Assembly (NCBI GenBank): GCA_965195195.1 | Contig: CBDAFF010000083.1 | Coordinates: 4,225-68,224 of the forward strand | Direction: 5' to 3' | Length of the DNA stretch: 64,000 bases | DNA from: an uncultured Anaerolineales bacterium | Lineage (GTDB): Bacteria; Chloroflexota; Anaerolineae; Anaerolineales; E44-bin32 | In this document: positions 30,129-40,197 of the stretch, one piece after another | Position numbering within the stretch: position 1 is the first letter of the stretch | Layout: each line of letters begins with the position of its first letter | Notes under the pieces: generated by a model | The model's database searches: none | Told to the model about the DNA's origin: nothing | The model's input: the letters and a program-made list of their open reading frames with translations, nothing else | Made by a program: the position numbers and the translations under genes

Positions 30129-31157
30129 ATGACCCATCAAAAAATTGCTGTAACATTTGTCCCCTCTCCAAACCATTCTTTTCCTGGACACCCGGAAAGT
30201 CCCGGCCGTTTTCGGTTTTTCGACCAGCTTCAAAGCAGTCCCATCTCTGACTCGTTGGTCATCATCGATCCTGAACCTCTTACACCTGACAAGCTTGACA
30301 GCGTCCACTCGGAGCAATACATCCAGTCGGTAGAGGAAGCTGTAGAACGTGCACCGACCTACCTTGACTACGGCGACACCTATGCTACCCCCTCATCCCT
30401 TGGAGCTGCACTCAATGCCGCTGGGGGGACACTCTCAGTTCTAGACCAGATACTTGACGGAACTGCGAATACCGGTTTTGCGCTCGTCCGACCGCCCGGT
30501 CACCACGCAACCCAGTCCCAGGCGATGGGATTCTGCCTTTTTAACAACATCGCCATCGCCGCAAGACACGCTCAAATCCGAGGAATTGATCGGGTGATGA
30601 TTGTCGATTTCGACGTGCACCATGGCAACGGAACTCAAGACATTTTCGAGACCGATCCGAGCGTCTTATATTTCTCCACACATCAATGGGGGATTTATCC
30701 AGGCACCGGACACCAAAAGGAAACCGGGCAGGGGGATGGAGAAGGATCGATCATTAATGTCCCCCTCCCCGCTCGCGCTGGAGATCAAGCGTTTGAGCGA
30801 GTCTGGGAGGAGATCCTCCCCGCTGCTGCAGAGCGTTTTCTACCGAATATCATCCTAGTCTCAGCGGGATTCGACGCCCATTGGGATGATCCACTTGCCG
30901 GTCTTCAATTAACAACGTCGGGCTATCATCGATTAAGCAGCCGCCTGCTTGAATTGGCTGGCCGATTCTGTGAAAACCGAATGCTCTTCGTGCTTGAAGG
31001 CGGATATGCACCCGAGACGCTCGCGGATAACATTCAAGCATGTCTTCTTGCGCTGGCGCATAAACCAATAAACGAAGACCGGCTCGGCCCTGCACCTTTT
31101 GATGAACCATCTATAAATACACTTGTCGAAGGGATACGTGAAATCCACGAATTTTAA
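30129..31157 (+). CDS. Histone-deacetylase-family (class II / AcuC-like) deacetylase
   Basis: [18 protein letters not shown] and EGGY motifs. The open frame begins at a TTG at 30120. The first ATG is at 30129. Confidence 0.9.
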   Translation: MTHQKIAVTFVPSPNHSFPGHPESPGRFRFFDQLQSSPISDSLVIIDPEPLTPDKLDSVHSEQYIQSVEEAVERAPTYLDYGDTYATPSSLGAALNAAGGTLSVLDQILDGTANTGFALVRPPGHHATQSQAMGFCLFNNIAIAARHAQIRGIDRVMIVDFDVHHGNGTQDIFETDPSVLYFSTHQWGIYPGTGHQKETGQGDGEGSIINVPLPARAGDQAFERVWEEILPAAAERFLPNIILVSAGFDAHWDDPLAGLQLTTSGYHRLSSRLLELAGRFCENRMLFVLEGGYAPETLADNIQACLLALAHKPINEDRLGPAPFDEPSINTLVEGIREIHEF

Positions 31158-31300
31158 CATTTTTAGGAACCCTTTCCTTCTGGCACATTTCTTGTTACAA
31201 AGTTAGAATGATTCGGATGGTCTGTGATATGCGAGCTGGATTTTGTGTTCCTTCTTGCGCAATAAGAATAGATAAGGCATACTTTTGGTGAGGTTCTGCA

Positions 31301-34300
31301 ATGGCAGAAATGGATTTACGCGCATATATAAAAGAAATTGACGACCTTATAGAACGAAATCAGTTGGATGAGGCTATCGCACACTGCCGCCACATCCTTC
31401 AGACTTATCCGAAACATCTCGGTTCCTACCGCTTGCTGGGGAAAGCCTACCTCGAAGCGAAGCGATTCGGAGATGCCGCAGATATTTTTCAACGCGTTCT
31501 CTCTGCAATCCCCAATGATTTTGTCTCTCACATCGGCATGGCCATTGTGCGGGAAGATGAGGGTAATCTCGACTCGGCGATCTGGCATATGGAGCGCGCC
31601 TTCGAAACCAACCCCGCGAATCCTGCAATTCGCCAAGAACTCTCTCGCCTAATAGGTCGTCGAGATGGCCTCGAACCACACAAGATACGCCTTACTCGGG
31701 GGGCACTCGCCCGACAATATGCGCAAGGAGAGCTTTACTTGCAGGCAATTGCTGAACTCCGCTCCGCACTCGGCGAAGACCCCGACCGCCCTGATCTCGA
31801 AGTCCTACTGGGGAAGATGTACTGGCGAGCGGATCAACACGCGGAAGCAAAGGATGTCTTCAGCCAAATCTTGGAGAAGCTCCCATACTGCCTTGATGCT
31901 AATCGCTACATGGCTGCAATACTCCACGAGGAAGATAATGACGCGGATGCCGCAAGATATCATCGGCATTTAGCGGCGCTGGACCCGTACTTCGCATTCC
32001 TAGAAAGTACAACCGCCGACCCAAAGACTATTGACGCCAAGGCCGTTCGTATCGAACGGTCGGGTTGGGTCCCTGGCCAACCACTTCCAACTGCCGAGTC
32101 TGGCCCACCAGAATGGGTTGAATCCCTTGGTGTAGATCTAAGTGAAGCGGCGCCTACTCCCCTTGAAGCCGATGATGCTCCCCCCTGGATGGCAGAGATC
32201 GATCAAGCTACAACCCCCGGGAGCACTCCTCCTGCAGTATCAGCAGATGCCCTCCAACCCGCTGCAGAAGACGAAATACCTGAGTGGATGGAGGAAGCAG
32301 GATGGGTTCCATCCAGCGGCGAGGTTGAAGAAGCTCCTATTTCCTTCTCGGATGCTGAACTCGAATCAATCGACGCTGGGGATACTAAAGAGGAAACTGG
32401 TGAACTCGCCCCCGCGGACATCCCTGGTTGGGTCCAAGAAATCGCCCCTGAGATTCCCGACGCTTCATCTGAAACCGACGAACCGGCAGCGGCCCCAGTG
32501 GGCAAAGCAGAATTTATGCCCGAATGGCTCTCGGATATCGCCTCTGACGCGGAGCAGATTACACCTGACCCGATGCCTTCATCTACGGATGAGCCACTAG
32601 AAGAAGCTAAACCCGTTTTGAGCGCGGATCCGTCAAGCGTTGAGGGAAGTGCCGAGAAAGATCTACTTGCGGAGGATGATGCTCCTGAGGTACCCACGTG
32701 GATTGATCCACAAGCGCCAGGCGCAACATCTACCATCATCACCTGGCTCGACGACCGCCCGAGTAAGGATGCAGAACCTGAGAAAGCAGAACTCCCTACA
32801 GAAGCAGTAGAAGAAGCCATTGAAGACGCCCTTGCGGATGCGGAAGTCCCTTCTTGGCTGGACGAGATCGCAGAAGGGGATGAAGTCCCTGAATTCGAAA
32901 CCGAAGCCCCTGAACCAGAACTCGAAAGCCCATCATGGCTTGCCGGTCTAGCAGAAGCAGCATCACAACAAGACCTTGAGCCCGAGCCAGCTGTCGGTGC
33001 TGAAACTCCGGAAAAGCTAGATGAAGAAGCTGCGCCTGAGTGGCTTGAAGGGATCAGTGAACTGGAAGAGGAGCCTGCCCCCGTACCCGCCAGCGATGAT
33101 GCGCCAGATTGGCTGCAAGGCATCGCTGAACCCGAGTCAGTCGATGCGGCCAGGAGTCCGGCAGAAGATCCCGAAACTGGACCTCCTGATTGGGCCTCTG
33201 AGGTCGAGAAAGCGGCTGAGGAGCCGGCTGCTGAAGCAGCACAACCACAGGATGATGTCCCAGACTGGTTGACGGGCATCGCCGATTCGGTAGTTGAGAG
33301 GACTGTTGACGAGGATTTTCTAGCGGAAGCAGATCCAGAGCCTACAGAGAGAGCTGCGGCAGTGCCTGGAGAGGCACCTGGCTGGTTGCATGAGTTTGCC
33401 GACTCAGCTGAGGAAATCCCAGATCCTGTGAGTAAGGTTGACGAACCTGAGATTGACGTACAATCTCTCCAGCAACTTGAGGAGGAGATTAGTGCTCAAG
33501 CAGGTGAGGCATCTCCACCGGATACCCTAGGCGTTAGCGATGAAGTTGACGATGATGAAGTCTTCCGCTGGCTGGAGGATCTTGCTGAGACTCAAGAAGC
33601 TGAGGAAAGCAAACCTCTAACCCCACCTACGGAGAGACCAGTTGAAGCGACCCGGGAACCCTCTCCGACGATCAGCGAAGCGATTCCTCCTGAAGAAGCT
33701 GGTGAGAGTTTGCAATGGCTCGAGGATCTCGCCTCACAGCGAGGTATGGATGTTGATATCGCCGCAACAACTGCCCCTGACGCATCGCCTGCTGAGACGC
33801 TTGTCTCGAAGCCTCCCCCGGTTCCAACCGAGGAAATTGACGCTATAAGCGATATTGCTCCAGACGATGAGACCATCATCTCGGCAGTTGCTCAGGAGAC
33901 TCTTCAAGAAGAGCCCATGCCGGATATACCCGGTTGGCTCGATGAAGCAACGTCTGCCGCAGAGGCGGTACCCCCTGAACCGGCAAAAGAAGCTACCCCT
34001 CCTGTCATCAAAGAGGAAATTCATCCTCCGGAACCAACTCCCGTCGTGGCTGCACCTGTGGTCGAGCTCCCTCCTGTCCCTGAACCCATCGAGGAGGCCA
34101 TTTCCCCGCCAGAAGCTGCTCCTCACATCCCGGCCGCGGCCGCTGAGAAAGCCCCTCCGGAAGCCGAGAAGGTAGAACCTGCTGTAGAAGTTGCACCATC
34201 GAAATATAAGGAACCTGCTTCGCAATTACTCCAGGGCGCACGCCAGGCCCTCACCGCTGGCGATGCTGGACGAGCCTTATCAGATTATAAGAAGTTGATC

Positions 34301-34465
34301 GAGAGAAAACAGGATCTCGACACTGTGATCAGCGATTTGGAGCACGCGTTGGAGCGCTACCCGAACCTGCCGACGATGTGGCAAGTTTTGGGAGATGCAT
34401 ACATGAAGTCAGATCAACTCCAAGAAGCGATCAACGCATATCAACGAGGTATGGAGGTCGCTTGA
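31301..34465 (+). CDS. TPR protein with a roughly 750-aa acidic, Pro-rich central region carrying reiterated P-x-W-[LMIV] motifs
   Basis: TPR-like helices sit at both ends. The centre is rich in E, D, P and A, with about 16 copies of motifs such as PEWM, PGWV, PEWL, PSWL and PDWL. Confidence 0.8.
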   Translation: MAEMDLRAYIKEIDDLIERNQLDEAIAHCRHILQTYPKHLGSYRLLGKAYLEAKRFGDAADIFQRVLSAIPNDFVSHIGMAIVREDEGNLDSAIWHMERAFETNPANPAIRQELSRLIGRRDGLEPHKIRLTRGALARQYAQGELYLQAIAELRSALGEDPDRPDLEVLLGKMYWRADQHAEAKDVFSQILEKLPYCLDANRYMAAILHEEDNDADAARYHRHLAALDPYFAFLESTTADPKTIDAKAVRIERSGWVPGQPLPTAESGPPEWVESLGVDLSEAAPTPLEADDAPPWMAEIDQATTPGSTPPAVSADALQPAAEDEIPEWMEEAGWVPSSGEVEEAPISFSDAELESIDAGDTKEETGELAPADIPGWVQEIAPEIPDASSETDEPAAAPVGKAEFMPEWLSDIASDAEQITPDPMPSSTDEPLEEAKPVLSADPSSVEGSAEKDLLAEDDAPEVPTWIDPQAPGATSTIITWLDDRPSKDAEPEKAELPTEAVEEAIEDALADAEVPSWLDEIAEGDEVPEFETEAPEPELESPSWLAGLAEAASQQDLEPEPAVGAETPEKLDEEAAPEWLEGISELEEEPAPVPASDDAPDWLQGIAEPESVDAARSPAEDPETGPPDWASEVEKAAEEPAAEAAQPQDDVPDWLTGIADSVVERTVDEDFLAEADPEPTERAAAVPGEAPGWLHEFADSAEEIPDPVSKVDEPEIDVQSLQQLEEEISAQAGEASPPDTLGVSDEVDDDEVFRWLEDLAETQEAEESKPLTPPTERPVEATREPSPTISEAIPPEEAGESLQWLEDLASQRGMDVDIAATTAPDASPAETLVSKPPPVPTEEIDAISDIAPDDETIISAVAQETLQEEPMPDIPGWLDEATSAAEAVPPEPAKEATPPVIKEEIHPPEPTPVVAAPVVELPPVPEPIEEAISPPEAAPHIPAAAAEKAPPEAEKVEPAVEVAPSKYKEPASQLLQGARQALTAGDAGRALSDYKKLIERKQDLDTVISDLEHALERYPNLPTMWQVLGDAYMKSDQLQEAINAYQRGMEVA

Positions 34466-34537
34466 TCGCTTCCATCTCTCGACTATTCAAACTAAACTCG
34501 GGGTCTCCCCGAGTTTATATTTTATGGAGGTAACACC

Positions 34538-34990
34538 TTGGAGCAAACTCTTGTCCTAATAAAACCGGATGGCGTTCAACGTGGTCTCATCGGTGAGGTC
34601 ATTCACCGCTTAGAGAACCGTGGTCTCCGACTGGTCGGTGCGAACTTTCAGCAAATCTCGAAAGATTTCGCAGAACTTCATTACGCAGTGCATAAAGGCA
34701 AACCCTTTTACGATGGATTAATTGACTACATCACCTCTGGGCCCGTGATGGCGATGGTCTGGGAGGGTCCCAAAGCGATCTTAGCGGTTCGGCAAACAAT
34801 GGGGGCTACAAAACCTACTGAAGCCGCCCCAGGCTCGCTCAGGCACGATTTTGCCCTTGAAGTGGGAAGAAACCTTACCCACGCATCCGACTCATCTGAG
34901 ACAGCTCGAGCAGAGATCGAACTTTGGTTTAGGGCTGATGATCTGGTCAAGTGGGATCGTGATATGGACCGCTGGGTATTCGAAGCCTGA
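34538..34990 (+). CDS. ndk: Nucleoside diphosphate kinase
   Basis: EQTLVLIKPDGVQRGLIGEV...NLTHASDS (catalytic His region). TTG start with GGAGG 8 nt upstream. Confidence 0.95.
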   Translation: MEQTLVLIKPDGVQRGLIGEVIHRLENRGLRLVGANFQQISKDFAELHYAVHKGKPFYDGLIDYITSGPVMAMVWEGPKAILAVRQTMGATKPTEAAPGSLRHDFALEVGRNLTHASDSSETARAEIELWFRADDLVKWDRDMDRWVFEA

Positions 34991-35259
34991 CAATACCCTC
35001 ACTTCACACCCAAACTTCAGTATGGAGTTAGCCTTGAGCCGGCTCGTCGCCCTGACAGTTGCGAGGGCATCAGCTACGAGCGGAGCCCCTACCTTCGCGG
35101 CGTCGAAGGTCTCTTAGGTATATCGAACGGATTATCTCTCTGCTCTAAGTCCCCTCCATCGAGAACAACACAGAAGAAACGCCGAATAGATCTATCGGTG
35201 TAAAGCGACAATTGGATTACAGGATTAGTGGGTGGATCAATAGAGCTTTTTAGAAGAGC

Positions 35260-35577
35260 CTATTGCATATGAAGGAGCACTCTTCCTTCTTTCCATAAAT
35301 CCTCGAGAGCGTAGTATTCCCGCACAGCGGGAGAGAAGATATGGATGACTAAATCTCCATAATCGATCAGGGTCCAACCTACACCCGTCTTACCCTCGAC
35401 ACTCTGTGCCTGGATAGAATGGCTTTTCTTGAGAGACACCTGTACCTCGTCGGAGAGTGCACGGAGCATCCTTTCACTCGTCCCGGAGCAAATTACGAAA
35501 TAATCGGTAAAAGAACAGACGCCGATAAGATCGAGAAGGAGGATGTTCTCACCCTTCTTCTTGTCGAGTGTATCCAC
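35260..35577 (-). CDS. rsfS: Ribosomal silencing factor RsfS
   Basis: DKKGENILLLDL...FTDYFVICSGTSERMLRAL...WTLIDYGDLVIHIF is typical of RsfS/IojAP. The true N-terminus probably lies upstream (see findings). Confidence 0.85.
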   Translation of the reverse strand: MDTLDKKKGENILLLDLIGVCSFTDYFVICSGTSERMLRALSDEVQVSLKKSHSIQAQSVEGKTGVGWTLIDYGDLVIHIFSPAVREYYALEDLWKEGRVLLHMQ

Positions 35578-35633
35578 GATGATGTGAGCAAGTTCTAATG
35601 CGTTCTCTATCGCCGCCTCCTAGGAGTTCAATT

Positions 35634-36110
35634 TTACAGGATTCCCTCTAACGCCAGTTCTACTGCTTCTTCAGGTGTTTCTACGATTTGAATTGGCGTT
35701 CGACTCCCATCTGCAGAAAGCGGGTCCCACGTCCTCAAACCCACTACCTGCTTCCCCATCTTAAGCGCGAATGCAATCTCTGAGAGGGTACCAAACTTGC
35801 CGCCAATGGCGATCACAGCCCTCCCTGCCCGGGCGACGATCACGTTTCGCCCCTCCCCAAGCCCTGTTGGAATAGCGATTGATAAATACCGATTCCCCTC
35901 ATCCAAAGTCAATCCCGGGAGTATTCCTATCGTGATCCCTCCAGCTTCATGGGCTCCACGGCATACAGCTTCCATTACACCCCCTCGCCCGCCGCAAATT
36001 ACAGTAATGTCGTTAGAGGCAAGCAGTCTGCCCACACTCTCGGCCGCTTGGGCTTCCCATTCAGAGCATTCACCAGGTCCGATAACACTGATAACTGTTT
36101 TCCCTGTCAT
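35634..36110 (-). CDS. TIGR00725 / LOG-like Rossmann-fold protein
   Basis: VIGPG...ITVICGGRGGVMEAVCRGAHEAGG.TIGILPG fits the TIGR00725/LOG-like family as I remember it. Confidence 0.7.
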   Translation of the reverse strand: MTGKTVISVIGPGECSEWEAQAAESVGRLLASNDITVICGGRGGVMEAVCRGAHEAGGITIGILPGLTLDEGNRYLSIAIPTGLGEGRNVIVARAGRAVIAIGGKFGTLSEIAFALKMGKQVVGLRTWDPLSADGSRTPIQIVETPEEAVELALEGIL

Positions 36111-36703
36111 CCGTCGCCTTTATTCCCTAAAGTATACTCGCCCAGTGTGCAATACTCGGCTCCTGTGGGTTTTAAGATACTTTCTATGAGGTGGATATCT
36201 CTTACCTCGAACTGCCCGATCTGCCCCACAACGAAGTCCTTAACTGCATCCTGGAGTTGGGTCAAATCGGATATTGAACAATTACGCCTTAACCGCCCCA
36301 GAGTGAGGTGTGGGTGAAATGGCCTTCCCTCTTTCTCAAATCCTAAGGGAACTATTCTCTCGTCGATTGAGGATTGTACCTGCGCGAGCGTGCCCTGATC
36401 CTCGGTGATTCCAATCCATAAAACTCTTGGTCTACGGCGATTAGGAAAACAACCGAACCCGCCAACGCTCAATGTGCAGATAGGATGCTTTTCGATCTCT
36501 CGTTCAAGGATCTGACGAATCTCTCCGAGGTTGCTGCTGGAGATCTCGCCAAGGAATTTGAGCGTTAGATGGATCCCTTCGGACCGCACCCAGCGCACGG
36601 ATTCGCCACGAATGAGAGCTCGCAGTCGCTCGATCTCCATCTTGAGATTCTGCTTGATCTCCGCAGGGATATTCACCGCAACAAACGTCCGCATCATACG
36701 CAT
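36107..36703 (-). CDS. thpR: RNA 2',3'-cyclic phosphodiesterase (2H family, ThpR/LigT)
   Basis: Two H-x-T-x motifs (GIHLTLKF and HPHLTLGR). Overlaps the downstream gene by 4 nt. Confidence 0.85.
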   Translation of the reverse strand: MRMMRTFVAVNIPAEIKQNLKMEIERLRALIRGESVRWVRSEGIHLTLKFLGEISSSNLGEIRQILEREIEKHPICTLSVGGFGCFPNRRRPRVLWIGITEDQGTLAQVQSSIDERIVPLGFEKEGRPFHPHLTLGRLRRNCSISDLTQLQDAVKDFVVGQIGQFEVRDIHLIESILKPTGAEYCTLGEYTLGNKGDG

Positions 36704-36898
36704 GTTTTACCTGAAACTCACCGCCCCGTCAAAGTCTGATTTATACAAACAGTACCGGTTACTGTGGAATTTTGCTGTGCGATCCCTTCTTTGATGTGTG
36801 GCTATACGCAATTTCCCTGTGTATAGAACAAACGCCCATTCTGTCGATAAATGGGTTCTCCTATTGATCCAATCCCATTCAATAGGTAGAATTGCGTT

Positions 36899-37930
36899 AT
36901 GGTGCTCAAGCTCAAGAGGAGGGATTTCATGAAGCTGGCAGGTCTCGCTGCCGGCGTTTCCGTTATTAAACCCCCTCCTCCAACTCCGTTTATGAAACCT
37001 TACGGCCTCGGACGAGTCGCGGATACCTGGATTGGTCTTTATAAAGAACCGAGCTTCAGCGCCCCTCTGCTGACAACCATCCACCGAGATACCCTGCTAA
37101 CTTTGCTGAAACGCGAAGTCTCCGATGAAGGTCCGCTCCACAATCCGCTTTGGTATCGGGTTCCCGACGGTTATGTTCATTCAGGGAAAATCCAGCAGGT
37201 AAAATGGAATACGCAGGCACCCTGGACAAAGATCCCCGAGACAGGCGCCCTATTTGAAGTCGCCGTCCCATACACACGCAGTTACCGCGAGGCTGATCCG
37301 CAATCAGATCCACTTTATCGCCTCTATTATCAATCGATTGCATGGGTTGAGGCACTTGTTGAAGGTACGGATGGTCGTCTCTGGTATCAATTACTTGACG
37401 ACCTGCTCAAAATCAACTATTTCGTACGCGCTGAACACCTGCGCCGAATTCAACCAGAAGAGCTCAAGCCACTATCCCCCGAAGTGCCTGTAGGTGCTAA
37501 ACGGATAGACATCTCCCTCGCTCATCAGGAGTTAATGGCTTACGAGAATGATCGGCTGGTATTGCGAACAAGGATCGCAAGCGGCACCCCGAGTTCCCGT
37601 CCCCGTCCCAATGGAATCCCGACGGCGACACCACGGGGACAGTTTTACATCACCCAGAAGATGCCTCTCCGCCATATGGGGGACGGCCATATCACTGCAA
37701 ATCTCGAGGCTTATGAACTTCCGGGCGTACCCTGGGTATCCTACTTCACCAACACAGGTGTAGCCTTCCACGGCACATATTGGCACTGCGATTACGGACG
37801 ACCTCAGAGTCATGGCTGTATTAACATGCGACCTGAGGAAGCGAAATGGCTCTTCCGTTGGTCCACGCCGATCATCGAAGCGGATGTCATCTTAGCAACG
37901 GGGCATGGGACACCCGTGTATATCTATTAA
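36899..37930 (+). CDS. L,D-transpeptidase (YkuD domain) with a Tat-like signal
   Basis: KRRDFMKLAGLAAG twin-arginine-type leader. The catalytic HGCINM motif lies near the C-terminus. Confidence 0.85.
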   Translation: MVLKLKRRDFMKLAGLAAGVSVIKPPPPTPFMKPYGLGRVADTWIGLYKEPSFSAPLLTTIHRDTLLTLLKREVSDEGPLHNPLWYRVPDGYVHSGKIQQVKWNTQAPWTKIPETGALFEVAVPYTRSYREADPQSDPLYRLYYQSIAWVEALVEGTDGRLWYQLLDDLLKINYFVRAEHLRRIQPEELKPLSPEVPVGAKRIDISLAHQELMAYENDRLVLRTRIASGTPSSRPRPNGIPTATPRGQFYITQKMPLRHMGDGHITANLEAYELPGVPWVSYFTNTGVAFHGTYWHCDYGRPQSHGCINMRPEEAKWLFRWSTPIIEADVILATGHGTPVYIY

Positions 37931-38002
37931 CCAAGTGTATTTCCAACAGAAAGGAAGTCTTACCAGAGAGGAACGTATTGACGAAGGTTTCCTGTAATAC
38001 GG

Positions 38003-39301
38003 TTATCGCTTTCCATTCTCCCCCTTCACACGGTCGAACAGATCCCCAAGCTTTCCCGTCTCACCATACCCACTTGCGCCATGACTGATCGCGGCTTGCC
38101 CTTCTTCATCCGTGAGCGCATCCGCGATGACATAGATCTCCATCTCCATCTCCGCCGGTATTTGCCGCAGCTGCTTAATCAACCAATAATCTCGCTCCTG
38201 AGCAAGCCGCGCATTAGTTAGCACCAGCCCAACCCGTACGCGTTCAGCTAGAGCAACCGCCTCCCCCACTGAGCGCGCTTCAACAACGGGATACCCAAAA
38301 GCCTGGATGCGGAGGATCATGTTCTCCCGCAGAACATCATCCGGTTCGACGATGAGCACTCTCGAGGCCGGATGAATGCCGCCGTTCAGCGCAGTATGAA
38401 TTGTTGCCAGGAGAGCACCCGTGCCCTCTGCCCGGAAAAGAAAACTCGCCGTCCCCATCTGAACCTCACCTTCGGGTCCGGGATACGTGGTAAGAAACAG
38501 GACAGGGATCTCTTGAGTACGGCGGTCCCCTTTCAACAGCAAGGCCAGATCGAATGCCGAAGGAGTCCGCACACTAAGATCAAGGATGATCAGATCGGGT
38601 GTCTCAGCCAGCGCCAACGCGTTCACATCATTTGCACTAGAGGACACAATGACACGATACCCTGCCTCCACAAGATCATTCGCTAAGAGATCGCGCAAGC
38701 CTGGATCTTCGACGAAAACAAGAAGAGTGTTTACTGTCTGTGAGCCTTCCGGAATGTGCGTTTCAACCGCCCGGCGAATTTCGGAGATATCAGCCAGGGG
38801 CTCGATCGCTGCTCTGAGCGGCATCGCAATCCATAGTCGGATGTCCGAGCTGCTCGTAGTCTCTTGCCAAAGATGACCATGGAATCCTTCGATTGCAGCT
38901 CTGCTTTCCTCGATCTTGATTTCTACATGCTCAAGGACAGAAGAGTCGCCTCTTTCTCCAGATTCAGCGAAAGGAGCTTCAATATCTGAGATGGAGAGCA
39001 GCATCCATGGTCCGCTATGCAGCGTCTCGCCGGTCACTTCAGTCTGTGAGAGATGATCGAGTGAGGGACTGTCGCCAGGAGCAATCTGTGCCCGTACGCG
39101 CACTTCCGTACGCACAGTTCCCGCGATTACTTGTGAGAGTAAATCACCTAATGCGTGGACCAGGATAGTTTCGTCAGCAATTATTGCCGGTAAGTGCGCC
39201 GGGAATTCCGCAATTACTGACACCGGTCTATCCCCGGCGGTCTCCGAAATCGAAGCTATCGCTTTTTCAATTGTTTTTTGTATATACACCCAATCGGACA
39301 T
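38003..39301 (-). CDS. Signalling protein: degenerate HATPase-like N-terminus plus two receiver-like domains
   Basis: The first receiver-like domain has LIILDLSV. The second has LVLTNARL, with Asn where the phospho-acceptor Asp is expected. No DNA-binding or enzymatic output domain was recognised. Confidence 0.7.
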   Translation of the reverse strand: MSDWVYIQKTIEKAIASISETAGDRPVSVIAEFPAHLPAIIADETILVHALGDLLSQVIAGTVRTEVRVRAQIAPGDSPSLDHLSQTEVTGETLHSGPWMLLSISDIEAPFAESGERGDSSVLEHVEIKIEESRAAIEGFHGHLWQETTSSSDIRLWIAMPLRAAIEPLADISEIRRAVETHIPEGSQTVNTLLVFVEDPGLRDLLANDLVEAGYRVIVSSSANDVNALALAETPDLIILDLSVRTPSAFDLALLLKGDRRTQEIPVLFLTTYPGPEGEVQMGTASFLFRAEGTGALLATIHTALNGGIHPASRVLIVEPDDVLRENMILRIQAFGYPVVEARSVGEAVALAERVRVGLVLTNARLAQERDYWLIKQLRQIPAEMEMEIYVIADALTDEEGQAAISHGASGYGETGKLGDLFDRVKGENGKR

Positions 39302-39443
39302 ATCTAAACCCAGCTCTTGTCAAGAGCGTTGTATTTTTCACTAGCTGAATCACCATTCTACTCTACTTGATAATCCAACCAATGCACCTTGCAAAACAAT
39401 AACAAATTGGACACTGACGCCACTGCATTGTAGAATCCATTTC

Positions 39444-40148
39444 ATGGAAGCTCAAGTAGCGGTAGTAAAAGTCGGCAAATACGCAACCTCCGAAAGCGGT
39501 GACACACTTGAAATGACCGAAAGACCTGGCGGAGGATTATCCTTTGTTCTGGTTGACGGCCAACGCTCCGGTAAATCTGCAAAGCTGATCGCAAACGTTG
39601 TCGCCCGGAAAGCAATCAGCCTTCTCGCAGAGGGCGTGCGTGATGGCGCCGCTGCACGCGCCGCCTCAGATTACCTGCATACATACCGCTCCGGGAAGGT
39701 CATGGCTACATTGAATATCCTCTCCATCGATTTATCAAGCCAAACGATGGTAATCACACGAAACAATCATGCACCGGCAATTCTTATCGAGGACGAACAA
39801 ATCCGGGTTCTCGATGAGGATGTCGATCCAGTCGGAGTCCGGCGGGGAATCCGCCCTTCGATCACAGAAATTCCACTCCAAATCGGTCTTACAGCGATTA
39901 TCTTCACCGATGGTTTAATTCATGCCGGGTCGCGCTCAGGTACCGCCTTCGACGTTCTCGCGTTTGTACAAACACTCTATGAGCAAGGCCCGCCAAATCC
40001 GAGAGAATGGGCGGATCGCCTGCTCGAGCGTGCAGTCGAACTCGACCAGGGACGTCCGGCAGACGATATCAGCGTTCTCATCGCCGCGGCGCTGCCCCGA
40101 GAAGGTGATGGTGAGACTCGTCGGCTGCTGGCGCGGATGCCACTCTGA
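39444..40148 (+). CDS. Stand-alone PP2C/SpoIIE-like phosphatase domain protein
   Basis: Acidic metal-site-like motifs occur at PP2C-like spacing: SGDTLE, LVDGQRSG, IFTDGLIHAG and ADDISVL. Confidence 0.65.
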   Translation: MEAQVAVVKVGKYATSESGDTLEMTERPGGGLSFVLVDGQRSGKSAKLIANVVARKAISLLAEGVRDGAAARAASDYLHTYRSGKVMATLNILSIDLSSQTMVITRNNHAPAILIEDEQIRVLDEDVDPVGVRRGIRPSITEIPLQIGLTAIIFTDGLIHAGSRSGTAFDVLAFVQTLYEQGPPNPREWADRLLERAVELDQGRPADDISVLIAAALPREGDGETRRLLARMPL

Positions 40149-40197
40149 GATAGATTATTTAGATTCGTCCCCTTAGAAAGCACGGTAAATAATCAGA

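Noticed and set aside
32203-33279. 358-aa Ser/Ala/Gly-rich ORF antisense to the TPR-acidic gene, plus other internal ORFs between 31316 and 34241.
   Set aside because: It is a compositional artefact of the GAR/CCN-rich sense strand. The sense frame is continuous over 1054 codons with recognisable TPR ends.
34991-35259. The 270-nt convergent spacer between ndk and rsfS, examined for a tRNA or small RNA.
   Set aside because: I could trace no cloverleaf, no T-loop consensus (GTTCRANYC) and no strong terminator hairpin by eye. It remains unassigned rather than called.
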